DNA of 32,766 bases, from NCBI GenBank assembly GCA_050250795.1, contig JBFWNZ010000002.1:1-32766 (forward strand). Reading direction: 5' to 3'. The position numbers and the translations under genes are program-made. The stretch is from Alphaproteobacteria bacterium (lineage in GTDB: Bacteria > Pseudomonadota > Alphaproteobacteria > UBA8366). The notes under the pieces were generated by a model that was given only the letters and a program-made list of their open reading frames with translations, did not search any database and was not told the DNA's origin. Positions 9,722 through 17,455 of this stretch are shown piece after piece; position 1 is the first letter of the stretch; the number at the start of each line of letters is the position of its first letter.

Positions 9722-10116
9722 CTCGCCTCACCCCGGCACGCCACGCGATGCGTTCCGCTTCTCTGCCTAATCCGCACACGAGGAAGCCTTCCGGAACTGC
9801 TTTCCGAACACTCGTCCGGACAAGCTAGCGGGTCGGCACTTAATCGATGGTTAACTTCGAAGAATTCGGAACGATGGATTCATCGCTATCCAACGCCAAG
9901 TCTTCCGGTTTTATCGTGAAGAATCCCGGAAGCGGCGCAGGGGGCTAAATCAAGCCACTCTCGAGCCATATGGCCGGATATTCCGGTTGATGCTTTATGG
10001 ATTCATACAACTTATGCGTCCGGAAGCAATATTCGAATAAGGATACAGGCCGACTCTTCCCATCTCGGCGTTAAGATGGTTCCGGAAAAGCTCGTCCTCT
10101 CGATGGCTAATAACAG
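9722..10116 (-). promoter_or_regulatory. AT-rich intergenic island upstream of the sensor-kinase operon; presumed promoter/operator region and end of the monooxygenase transcript
   Basis: 395 bp with no ORF of 60 aa or more. It is visibly lower in G+C than its flanks: I counted 26 G+C in the 60 nt at 9841-9900. It holds at least 7 copies of TTCCGG/CCGGAA-type motifs and many 6-bp palindromes. Confidence 0.4.
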
Positions 10117-11463
10117 TTACGCCTGCATTCTATAGTCCGAGAGACCCAGATTTTCCCGAAGCGTCTTGCCCTTATAGCCGGTCTGAAAGAGACCGCGACG
10201 CTGGAGTTCGGGGACAACGAGCCGCACGAAATCCTCATAGGAGCCGGGCATGTAAGTGCCGCATAGGACGAAGCCGTCGCATGCCCGTTCAGCGAACCAT
10301 TCTTCCAAGCCGTCCGCCACCTCCCGGGCCGTGCCGACGAAATGCGGCATCTCCTTGATCGTTCCGCGGGCACTGAACGTAACGAAGTCCCTCACAGTTG
10401 GATTCGCCTTACCGCTCAGCCGGACCACACGCTCCCGAATCGCCTGCAATCCGTTGATCCCGGCCATCTCCGCGTCCGAGAACGGCTCATCGAGCGGCTT
10501 GCTGGCAAAGTCGAAGTTCAGCGCCTCAGACAGCAGCGCCAGCGAGTCGATGGGCTTGGCCAGACTCCCGATCAGCGCTGCCTTGTCCTCGGCGATGCTT
10601 CTCGTCTCACCGACCGTCACGTAAATGGCCGGCGAGACGGTGTAGGAATCCGGGTCGCGGCCGATCCTCTCGGCTTCGGCGCGCATGTCGGCATAGGCGC
10701 GCTGGCCATATTCCTTGTTGGGAAAAATGGCGAAGATCACCTCGCCCCATTCCACGGCAAAGCGACGGCCGCGGCCGCTCTGGCCCGCCTGAATGACCAC
10801 CGGATGCCCCTGCGGCGAGCGCGGTACGGTGAAGGGACCACGGGACTTGAACCAGGTGCCGCGGTGATCCAGCCTGCGTACCTTGGCCGGGTCGCCGAAC
10901 ACACCATTCTCCTTGTCGAGCAGAATCGCGTCGGGATCCCAAGAATTCCAGTGGCCGAGCACGACCTGCATGAACTCGTCGGCCCGGTCGTAACGGGCAT
11001 CGTGCTCCGCCAGCCGGTCCAGGCCCATGTTCATCGCTTCGGAATCGTTCAGCGACGTCACGACGTTCCAACCGGCCCGGCCGCCGGTCATGTGATCGAG
11101 GGTCATGAAGGTCCGGGCGATGTGAAACGGCTCGTAATATGTCGTGGTGCAGGTTCCGGCGAGACCGATCCGCTGCGTAACCGCCCCCATCGACGCCAGG
11201 ATGGGCACCGGATCCATCTTGACCACGCGGATGCCGTTGCGAACAGCCTCGGCATGGTCGTTGCCGAAGATGTCCGGCATGGCCAGACGGTCGTCGAAGA
11301 AAGCCATATGGAACTTGCCTTCCTCGAGTGTCCGCGCAATCCGCTGGTAGTAGGCGGCGCTGGTAAAGTCCGGAGCCGATTGCGGATGCCGCCAGGATGC
11401 CGGATAGTTGGAGCAATTCTGCGCTTGAAGAAAACCCACCAGGATCATCTGCCGGTCGCGCAT
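10117..11463 (-). CDS. FMNH2-dependent luciferase-like monooxygenase, NtaA/SnaA/DszA (nitrilotriacetate monooxygenase component A) family
   Basis: 448 aa from the ATG at 11463, with RBS AAAGGGAA. N-terminus MRDRQMILVGFLQ, plus GRAGWNVVTS and the family-typical C-terminus ...LRENLGL. The 152-codon upstream extension in the ORF track overlaps the divergent gene and is rejected. Confidence 0.88.
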   Translation of the reverse strand: MRDRQMILVGFLQAQNCSNYPASWRHPQSAPDFTSAAYYQRIARTLEEGKFHMAFFDDRLAMPDIFGNDHAEAVRNGIRVVKMDPVPILASMGAVTQRIGLAGTCTTTYYEPFHIARTFMTLDHMTGGRAGWNVVTSLNDSEAMNMGLDRLAEHDARYDRADEFMQVVLGHWNSWDPDAILLDKENGVFGDPAKVRRLDHRGTWFKSRGPFTVPRSPQGHPVVIQAGQSGRGRRFAVEWGEVIFAIFPNKEYGQRAYADMRAEAERIGRDPDSYTVSPAIYVTVGETRSIAEDKAALIGSLAKPIDSLALLSEALNFDFASKPLDEPFSDAEMAGINGLQAIRERVVRLSGKANPTVRDFVTFSARGTIKEMPHFVGTAREVADGLEEWFAERACDGFVLCGTYMPGSYEDFVRLVVPELQRRGLFQTGYKGKTLRENLGLSDYRMQA

Positions 11464-11598
11464 ATCGTTCCCTTTCGCGGTTGACGGGCAATCCGACTGT
11501 ATCGACGCCCACCGATCGGAACAATCGAGAGCCGAGTCCGCTGGGCGATAAGCATTGCAGACACCGGAAGGCAAACGACACTCGAATGGGAGGCTGCC

Positions 11599-13017
11599 AT
11601 GACCGATGCACCTGAAGCCGCCGAGACGGTCGCGCGACAACTGGCACAGTTCGTCGCGACTCTCTCCCTGGATCGCATCCCGGCAGAGAGCATCCATCAC
11701 GCGAAGCTTCAGCTGCTCGATGCGGTCGGCATCGCCCTCGCAAGCTCCAGCTACGATTTCGGACGTCGCGCCGCCGACGGCCTGCAGCATCTCAGCGACG
11801 GAACGGCGCTCGTCATCGGACTGCCCCATCGTCTTGCCGTTCGCGACGCCATTCTCGTCAATGGCATCCTGGTTCATGGGCTGGATTTCGACGACACGTC
11901 GATCCATGGCCGCGTCCATCCCAGTTCCTTCTGCGCGCCGCCGGCACTGACCCTAGCGGTGGAACAAGGCTGCAGCGGCCGCGATCTGCTCACGGCCTAT
12001 ATCGCCGGACTTGAATGCGCGATCCGCATCGGCGGAGCTTCGAAGGGCGGCTTCCCGCGCAACGGTTTCGACGCAGGCGGGCTCGTGGGACATTTTGCAA
12101 GTTCGCTGGTGGCCGGCCGGCTGCTCGGCCTCTCGGCAGACGAACTGGCCAAAGCCCAGGGGTTGGCCCTCAGCACCGCCAGCGGAACGCGCGAGTTCAT
12201 CGCCGACATGGCCTGGACCAAGCGCATGCATCCCGGCTGGGCGGGCGTTGGCGGCACCACCGCCGCACTCCTCGCAAAGGGCGGATTCCGCGGACCCGAC
12301 CTCGCCTATGAAGGGCGCTATGGCCTATATCGCCAGTTCATCCGGGATGGAGAGAATCTGTTCGATCTGGCGCTCGCGACCGAGGCTTTGGGCGACAGAT
12401 GGTATGTCGACGACGTCGCCTTCAAGCCGGTGCCGGCATGCTTCTTTAACATTGCCCCGATCGACGCCGCCGTGGCCCTGGCGCAGCGTCACGACTTGCG
12501 GCCGGCCGACATCGCCGCGGTCAAGGTCCTGGTTCCCGCGGCCGCGGTCGATACGGTTTGCGAACCGAAGCAGAAGAAGCGGCACCCGCAGGACGGATAT
12601 GCCGGCGAGTTCAGCATCTATTATGCCGTTGCTGCCGGCCTGGCGCGTCGCGACTTCTCCCTTGCCGACCACACGGCGGAAGCCATCGGCGACGGGACGG
12701 TCCGCGAACTGGCGCAGAAGGTTGACTACGCCATCGACCCGCAGACCACCTTCCCGCGCTACTACTCGGCGGCATTGGAGGTGACGACGACCGATGGCCG
12801 TATCTTGCAGCACCGCGAGGACATCCATCGGGGCGCGGCGGAACGACCGATCGGCGAGGCCGATGTCGTGGAGAAGTTCCGGAGCAACGCCGCACGGGCC
12901 GTCGATGGCGACCGGGCGGAGGAAATCCGCCGGGCACTGATGTCGCTCGACACGCTGGCGGACACGCGTGTCCTGAAGGGGTTGCTCGCGCCGTCCCAGG
13001 CGCTCGCCGCGGAGTGA
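11599..13017 (+). CDS. MmgE/PrpD family protein (2-methylcitrate dehydratase-like fold)
   Basis: 472 aa. N-terminus LAQFVATLSLDRIPAESIHHAKLQLLDAVGIALAS is typical of the family. RBS GGGAGG lies 6 nt upstream. The gene is divergent from the monooxygenase. Confidence 0.9.
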   Translation: MTDAPEAAETVARQLAQFVATLSLDRIPAESIHHAKLQLLDAVGIALASSSYDFGRRAADGLQHLSDGTALVIGLPHRLAVRDAILVNGILVHGLDFDDTSIHGRVHPSSFCAPPALTLAVEQGCSGRDLLTAYIAGLECAIRIGGASKGGFPRNGFDAGGLVGHFASSLVAGRLLGLSADELAKAQGLALSTASGTREFIADMAWTKRMHPGWAGVGGTTAALLAKGGFRGPDLAYEGRYGLYRQFIRDGENLFDLALATEALGDRWYVDDVAFKPVPACFFNIAPIDAAVALAQRHDLRPADIAAVKVLVPAAAVDTVCEPKQKKRHPQDGYAGEFSIYYAVAAGLARRDFSLADHTAEAIGDGTVRELAQKVDYAIDPQTTFPRYYSAALEVTTTDGRILQHREDIHRGAAERPIGEADVVEKFRSNAARAVDGDRAEEIRRALMSLDTLADTRVLKGLLAPSQALAAE

Positions 13018-13023
13018 GCGCCT

Positions 13024-14088
13024 TCAATCGGCTACGAAGGCTCGGCTGAGAAACCGGCCGAGATCGCGGTTGGACTGTGCCCGGACGGTATCGTCGCGGC
13101 CGAGTTCGTACCCGTCATCATCGGCACAGAAGGCCAGCATCAGCTTGCGGATGAACGGGTTCGTCATCGGCAACTGCCAGTCGGCATCCCGCACCGTCGC
13201 ATCCGGCTCGACCACGAAATCGCAATCGACGATATTGCGGCGCATCCGGCGCCGTCCCCAGGCGCCGTCCCACTGGTGAACGGCACCCGGATAAACCGCT
13301 TTCTGAACGTCTGCCCCGCCGGCTTCGAGGGCCGCCGCAATCCCGTCGCAGCGTGCGGGGTCGATCATGGCATCGCCCGTGCCGTAGAGCATGAGGAGCG
13401 GCGCGCCGGTGGCGCGACTGTCCTCGAACCGGGCGACGCAGGGCGCGTAGAAGGCAGCATGCGCGACGAAACGCTCTCCGTTCGGGGCAAAGCGCTCGGC
13501 GACCTGGGCATACGCCGCGTATGTCGCCGCCATGCCTCCATAGGAAAAGCCGATGAGAGCGACGCGCCGGCTGTCGATGCCCGGAATGCCCGACAGGTAT
13601 CGCAGGGCCGAATAGGCGTCGGCCAGATACATGGCCTCGGTAATGTTGAGCAGGCGCTCCGTGAAGCCGGTTGCAAGGTCGCGGCGGGCCCCGAAGACGT
13701 CGACCACCAGCGCCGCGATACCCATCTCGGCGAATTGCCGCGCATAGGTTGGATCGCGCGCGTCCTGGACGCCGGATGCCCCATGCAGCAGAACGACCGC
13801 CGGCACCGGCGTGGTTTCCGCCAGCGTATCCGGCAAGAAGAGCTGGCCCTGCGCCGGTCGCGGCGGATCGCGCTCCGGTCCCTGCCCGGCATCGACAAGT
13901 GCGAAAGGGCTGTGGCTGGGAAATGTAACCGGCGTGCCTTGCCGATACGCGACGGCCTCGGGTTCCGGCCACCGGCTCGCTTCGACCGCTTCCGCGGAAC
14001 CGCGTTCAGTGGCCCCCCATGCCGCCAACGCTGCCAGCACAACGCCAAACCGGCTTAGGTTGCAGCCCTTCCATCGCATCGATAGCAT
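13024..14088 (-). CDS. Dienelactone hydrolase / alpha-beta hydrolase family protein with a predicted signal peptide
   Basis: The start is ATG 14088 (MLSMRWKG...) or 14079. The hydrophobic leader FGVVLAALAAWGA is followed by VVLLHGASG and the nucleophile elbow GFSYGG. The longer ORF-track version (to 14559) runs antisense through the next gene. Confidence 0.8.
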   Translation of the reverse strand: MLSMRWKGCNLSRFGVVLAALAAWGATERGSAEAVEASRWPEPEAVAYRQGTPVTFPSHSPFALVDAGQGPERDPPRPAQGQLFLPDTLAETTPVPAVVLLHGASGVQDARDPTYARQFAEMGIAALVVDVFGARRDLATGFTERLLNITEAMYLADAYSALRYLSGIPGIDSRRVALIGFSYGGMAATYAAYAQVAERFAPNGERFVAHAAFYAPCVARFEDSRATGAPLLMLYGTGDAMIDPARCDGIAAALEAGGADVQKAVYPGAVHQWDGAWGRRRMRRNIVDCDFVVEPDATVRDADWQLPMTNPFIRKLMLAFCADDDGYELGRDDTVRAQSNRDLGRFLSRAFVAD

Positions 14089-14131
14089 CGCGAACCCTGC
14101 CTCCACCGCCCGGCCTCCGAAAGGATAGGAT

Positions 14132-15025
14132 ATGCTTCGTCGCTCGCTCGTCTCCACCCCCGGCAACATCGAAGCAATGGTGGAGAAGGCCCGCAACTTC
14201 CCCGTCGACATCCTGATGCTCGATCTGCAGGACGGCGTCCCGAACACGGACGATGCCAAGGGCCGCGGGCGCACGGTGCTGGGAAATGCGCTGGCATCCG
14301 GTTCTTTCGCGGCCCGCGAAGTGATGATCCGGGTCAATGGTCCGCGCACATCCTGGTTTCTGGACGATGCGCGCTTTGCGGCAAAGCTTGGGATTGCCGG
14401 AATCGTCGTACCCATGGTGTTCGACGCGGACGACATGGTGCTCGTGGAGCGCACCCTCGACGCCGTCGGTGCGCCCGAAGCCTTCAGCATCATTATTTTG
14501 GTCGAGACACCCGCCGCGATCCTCAACCTGCAATCCATCGTCGAAGCCAGCCCGCGCACGGACGGGCTGATTGCCGGCGGTCTCGATTACGCCCTGGGCA
14601 CGCAGAGCCTTTCGATTCTGCCGATGCGGCGCCCGGCCGTCGCCAAGCGGCATGATGAGGATCTGCTCTATATGCGGCTGCACCTGCTGGCGGTCGCGCG
14701 CGCCTATGGCCTGACGGCGATCGATGCGATGCGGCCGGGCGTGCTCTCCGATATCGAAAGCGTCCGCGTCGATGCGGAGTACTCCCGCTGGCTGGGCTTC
14801 GACGGCATCGATTTCTACCACCCGTCCTTCATCGACATGGCCAACGATGTCTTCACACCCTCGGCCGAAGAACTCGAATGGTGCGACCGGGTGCTCAAAG
14901 CAACCGAAGGCCGCAAGGCAGGCGATACGGCCTCGATCAAGATCGACGGCCGCGTGGTGCTGCCCCAGCATATCGAGACGGCACAGCGCCTTAAACTTCT
15001 GTGGCAGGAGATCGGCAACCGGTAA
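14132..15025 (+). CDS. HpcH/HpaI aldolase / citrate lyase beta subunit (CitE)-like acyl-CoA lyase
   Basis: 297 aa: MLRRSLVSTPGN, DILMLDLQDGV, ILVETPAAILN, GGLDY. RBS AAGGATAGG. The start lies only 43 bp from the divergent hydrolase start. Confidence 0.85.
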   Translation: MLRRSLVSTPGNIEAMVEKARNFPVDILMLDLQDGVPNTDDAKGRGRTVLGNALASGSFAAREVMIRVNGPRTSWFLDDARFAAKLGIAGIVVPMVFDADDMVLVERTLDAVGAPEAFSIIILVETPAAILNLQSIVEASPRTDGLIAGGLDYALGTQSLSILPMRRPAVAKRHDEDLLYMRLHLLAVARAYGLTAIDAMRPGVLSDIESVRVDAEYSRWLGFDGIDFYHPSFIDMANDVFTPSAEELEWCDRVLKATEGRKAGDTASIKIDGRVVLPQHIETAQRLKLLWQEIGNR

Positions 15026-15049
15026 CCGCTCTCGCGACGGGATAAGAAC

Positions 15050-15751
15050 GTGGCGAAGGAAACCGGGTCGAGCAGCAGGCGTCGCCTGCGCCGCCAGCCG
15101 GCCACCAAAAGGCTCGCCGCCATTTCCGACCTTTCTTCGCGTCTCACGCACGACTTCAACAACGTCCTGGCCGCGGTCGTCGGCCATCTCGAACTGATCG
15201 AACGCCGGCTGGAAGGCAGCCCCGATGCACAGGCACGCCTGCACAAGGCGATTACCGCGGCATTGCAAGGGCGCGCCGTCGCCCAGAAATTGGCGGTGTT
15301 CTCAGCGCCTCGCGTTGACGAACCCAGAGCGATGTCGATCAACGCCGTTGCGCGTCGGGTCTGCGAACGAGTCCGCGCCCTCGGGCGGACCGTCGAGCAG
15401 CATGGTTCGGCTTCCGACGGACCCGTTCTTGGGGACGAACGGCGATTGGAGGCAGCCCTGGTCGCGCTGACCCTCGCCGCATCCGGAAACGCCGGCCCCG
15501 TTTCGATAACCGTCGGCAATCACCCCGGGCGACAACGCAAGCAGGCCTGGATAGCGGTTGCAGGCCCCGGCCTTACCCCCCCGCCCGAGGGTCCAGACGA
15601 CGACGGCTTTCGCACCCTCGCGCTGGATTCTGCTGCATTATTTGCAGAAGCCTTCGGAGGGCAGGTTCAATTCGGGATCGCCGAAGGTGCCCCCCACCCC
15701 GAATGCCGGCTCGTTCTTCCGCTCCAGAATGATGGTATCGCGGAGGCCTGA
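15050..15751 (+). CDS. Soluble histidine-kinase-like protein with an intact H-box but a degenerate ATP-binding domain (possible histidine phosphotransferase)
   Basis: 233 aa from a GTG start, with no TM or sensor domain. H-box LTHDFNNVLAAVVGHLELI. The CA-like region reads LEAALVALTLAASGNAG...IAVAGPGL...FRTLALDSAALFAEAFGGQVQF. N-box Asn, G1 DxGxG and G2 GxGxG are all missing at the aligned positions (alignment by eye). Confidence 0.6.
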   Translation: MAKETGSSSRRRLRRQPATKRLAAISDLSSRLTHDFNNVLAAVVGHLELIERRLEGSPDAQARLHKAITAALQGRAVAQKLAVFSAPRVDEPRAMSINAVARRVCERVRALGRTVEQHGSASDGPVLGDERRLEAALVALTLAASGNAGPVSITVGNHPGRQRKQAWIAVAGPGLTPPPEGPDDDGFRTLALDSAALFAEAFGGQVQFGIAEGAPHPECRLVLPLQNDGIAEA

Positions 15752-15762
15752 GCCAGAGGCTC

Positions 15763-15798
15763 AAAACGCCGGTGGCCGCTCCTAAGGAGCGGCCACCG
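15763..15798 (-). terminator. Rho-independent terminator of the ECF sigma gene, between convergent genes
   Basis: A perfect 13-bp stem, CGGTGGCCGCTCC (15770-15782) pairing with GGAGCGGCCACCG (15786-15798), has a 3-nt loop. On the minus strand it is followed by GCGTTTTG. Confidence 0.7.
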
Positions 15799-15819
15799 TG
15801 GAACTCTTGGAAAGCGGGA

Positions 15820-16368
15820 TCAGACGACCGCGTGCACCGAGCCCGTCTGGCGGCGCATGGCCGGCGCTGCTGCGGAGCGACGGGGCTTCGGAGCCTCCAT
15901 CAGCGCATGCATGGCCTTCTGAGCACGGTTGGCGCGGGACTTGACCGTACCGACCGGGAGTCCCATCTGCGCAGAGGCTTCCTCATAGGAAAGGCCCTCG
16001 ATCTTGACCAGTTCCAACGCGAGCCGCTGCTTGTCCGGCATCATCTGCAAGGCACGCTCTGCCGCCCGCAGCATCATATAAGTGTCCTGGTTGGGCTCGG
16101 CGACCACGTTGGTCGGCAGTTCGCTCGGATCGAACAGAATCTCCGCCCGGCCGCGGCGACGCAGTTCGTTGACATGAAGATTGTGCATGATCGTGGTCAA
16201 CCACGCCCGCAGATTGGTGCCCTCGGTAAAGAGATGCTGCTTGAGCAGGGCGCGGGTCAGACATTCCTGGAGAAGATCGTCCGCGGCGACCACGTTGCGG
16301 GTCAGCGCGCGCGCGAAATTACGCAGGTACGGAATGTGCTGTTCGACGTTATCGGACACGGAGCTCAT
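15820..16368 (-). CDS. ECF-type RNA polymerase sigma-70 family factor
   Basis: 182 aa from the ATG at 16368, preceded by a strong RBS GAGGAGG. Region 2: IPYLRNFARALTRNVVAADDLLQECLTRAL...LRAWLTTIMHNLHVNELRRR. Region 4: LSYEEASAQMGLPVGTVKSRANRA. Confidence 0.9.
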   Translation of the reverse strand: MSSVSDNVEQHIPYLRNFARALTRNVVAADDLLQECLTRALLKQHLFTEGTNLRAWLTTIMHNLHVNELRRRGRAEILFDPSELPTNVVAEPNQDTYMMLRAAERALQMMPDKQRLALELVKIEGLSYEEASAQMGLPVGTVKSRANRAQKAMHALMEAPKPRRSAAAPAMRRQTGSVHAVV

Positions 16369-16480
16369 CGGTACCTCCTCGGTTTCAATCCTTCCGGGCT
16401 CCGCGGCGACGCCGTCCAGCCCGTCTGTCAACGAAACATAGGGGACGATTTCAAACCGATGATGTCAGCGACCCTGGATT

Positions 16481-16510
16481 TTGGTAAGAATTGTAATCAA
16501 TGTAACAATG
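16481..16510. promoter_or_regulatory. AT-rich core of the divergent sigma / OmpR-regulator promoter region, with a tandem TGTAAY repeat
   Basis: TTGGTAAGAATTGTAATCAATGTAACAATG contains TGTAAT (16492-16497) and TGTAAC (16501-16506) 9 bp apart. One possible sigma-70-like reading is TTGGTA-N16-TAACAA on the plus strand. This is the only AT-rich patch in the 237-bp intergenic region. Confidence 0.3.
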
Positions 16511-16605
16511 AAACCTCGCGGCTCCTCCGGCGTCGGTCACAATGTGGCAACGGCGCCCTATTTGCCCGCGATGTCGCCTTAGCTAGCTGTTGAGGACCGT
16601 CGCGC

Positions 16606-17352
16606 TTGGACAGTCAGATCCATATCGCCGTCGTCGACGACGACCCCGACATCCGCGAAGTCATATCGACCTATCTGTCCGAGGAAGGTTACTGCGTCTC
16701 GGCCTGCGTCTCCGGCGACGAATTATGGACCGCCCTCGACGGGCGCCCGGCCGAACTGGTGATTTTGGATGTCCGGCTGAATGCCGAGAATGGTTTCGAA
16801 ATCGCCAAAGCGCTTCGCTCCAAGAGCGATATCGGCATCATCATGCTGACGGCGAAGGCCGATGTGGTGGATAGGGTCGTCGGGCTTGAGGTGGGCGCCG
16901 ACGACTATGTGGTGAAGCCGTTCCATCTCCGCGAGCTGGCGGCGCGGGTGAAAAGCGTTCTGCGCCGTCGCACGCCCCCTGGCGAGGCGGGAAGTACCGA
17001 AACCTCTTCCTTAAATCAGGACACGCCTCACGAAGGCTCGGTCTTGCGCTTTGCCGATTGGAAGCTGGACGAGGATCGGCGACAGCTCTCCGGGCCGGAT
17101 GGCGACGTGGACCTGACGGCGGGCGAGTTCGATCTTCTGGTCGCTCTTGTGACGCATCCGCAGCGCGCTCTCAGCCGCGACCAGTTGCTCGATTTCGCCA
17201 GAGGCCGCAGCGCAACCCTGTTCGACCGCAGCATCGATGTGCAGATCGGCCGCCTCCGGCGGAAAATCGAGGTGGACCCGAAGAAGCCCGCGATCATTAA
17301 GACGGTGCGCGGCGCCGGCTACATGCTGGCGGTTAACGTACAGCGGGGTTGA
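16606..17352 (+). CDS. OmpR/PhoB-family winged-helix response regulator
   Basis: 248 aa from a TTG start, with GAGGA 9 nt upstream. REC: HIAVVDDDPDIREV...LVILDVRLNAENGFEI...DYVVKPF. Winged helix: LTAGEFDLLVALVTHPQRALSRDQLL...IDVQIGRLRRKIE...IKTVRGAGY. Confidence 0.92.
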   Translation: MDSQIHIAVVDDDPDIREVISTYLSEEGYCVSACVSGDELWTALDGRPAELVILDVRLNAENGFEIAKALRSKSDIGIIMLTAKADVVDRVVGLEVGADDYVVKPFHLRELAARVKSVLRRRTPPGEAGSTETSSLNQDTPHEGSVLRFADWKLDEDRRQLSGPDGDVDLTAGEFDLLVALVTHPQRALSRDQLLDFARGRSATLFDRSIDVQIGRLRRKIEVDPKKPAIIKTVRGAGYMLAVNVQRG

Positions 17353-17455
17353 CGCTCGTCGGACATTGGCAGGCCCTTGCCCGCGTGCGGTTTTCGTATA
17401 CCCGCCCGGTCGATACGATTATGCTATTGGTGCGATAACGGAAGGTTAAGCACCC

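Noticed and set aside
9824-9867. Run of restriction-type palindromes (GCTAGC, ATCGAT, GTTAAC, TTCGAA, GAATTC) resembling a polylinker, which raised the question of a cloning or assembly artefact.
   Set aside because: There is no vector backbone, marker or scar sequence on either side, and the flanks are contiguous native-looking genes. The palindromes are embedded in a larger repeat-containing regulatory region. It is kept as a natural palindrome-rich operator candidate (see findings), though an artefact cannot be formally excluded without the read data.
9847-9948. 33-codon ORF (MVNFEEFGTMDSSLSNAKSSGFIVKNPGSGAGG) inside the AT-rich island.
   Set aside because: It has no Shine-Dalgarno sequence and no recognisable features. 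Short ORFs are expected by chance in AT-richer DNA. Only Ribo-seq or conservation evidence could revive it.
10117-11919. N-terminal extensions of real genes in the ORF track: 10117-11919, 13024-14559, 18196-19551, 23778-25223, 25156-27162, 1623-2624, 17921-18199, 15820-16431.
   Set aside because: The extensions run through neighbouring genes or promoters, lack an RBS and add non-homologous Arg-rich sequence. Internal starts with good Shine-Dalgarno sequences give proteins whose N-termini match the family norm.
16369-16605. Search for a NepR-like or other small anti-sigma ORF upstream of the ECF sigma gene, which would indicate a canonical phyR / nepR-ecfG locus.
   Set aside because: Minus-strand translation of the whole spacer gives only very short ORFs without an RBS. 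The divergent regulator has an OmpR winged-helix output, not a PhyR sigma-like domain. There is also no GGAAC-N16/17-CGTT autoregulatory motif upstream of the sigma gene.
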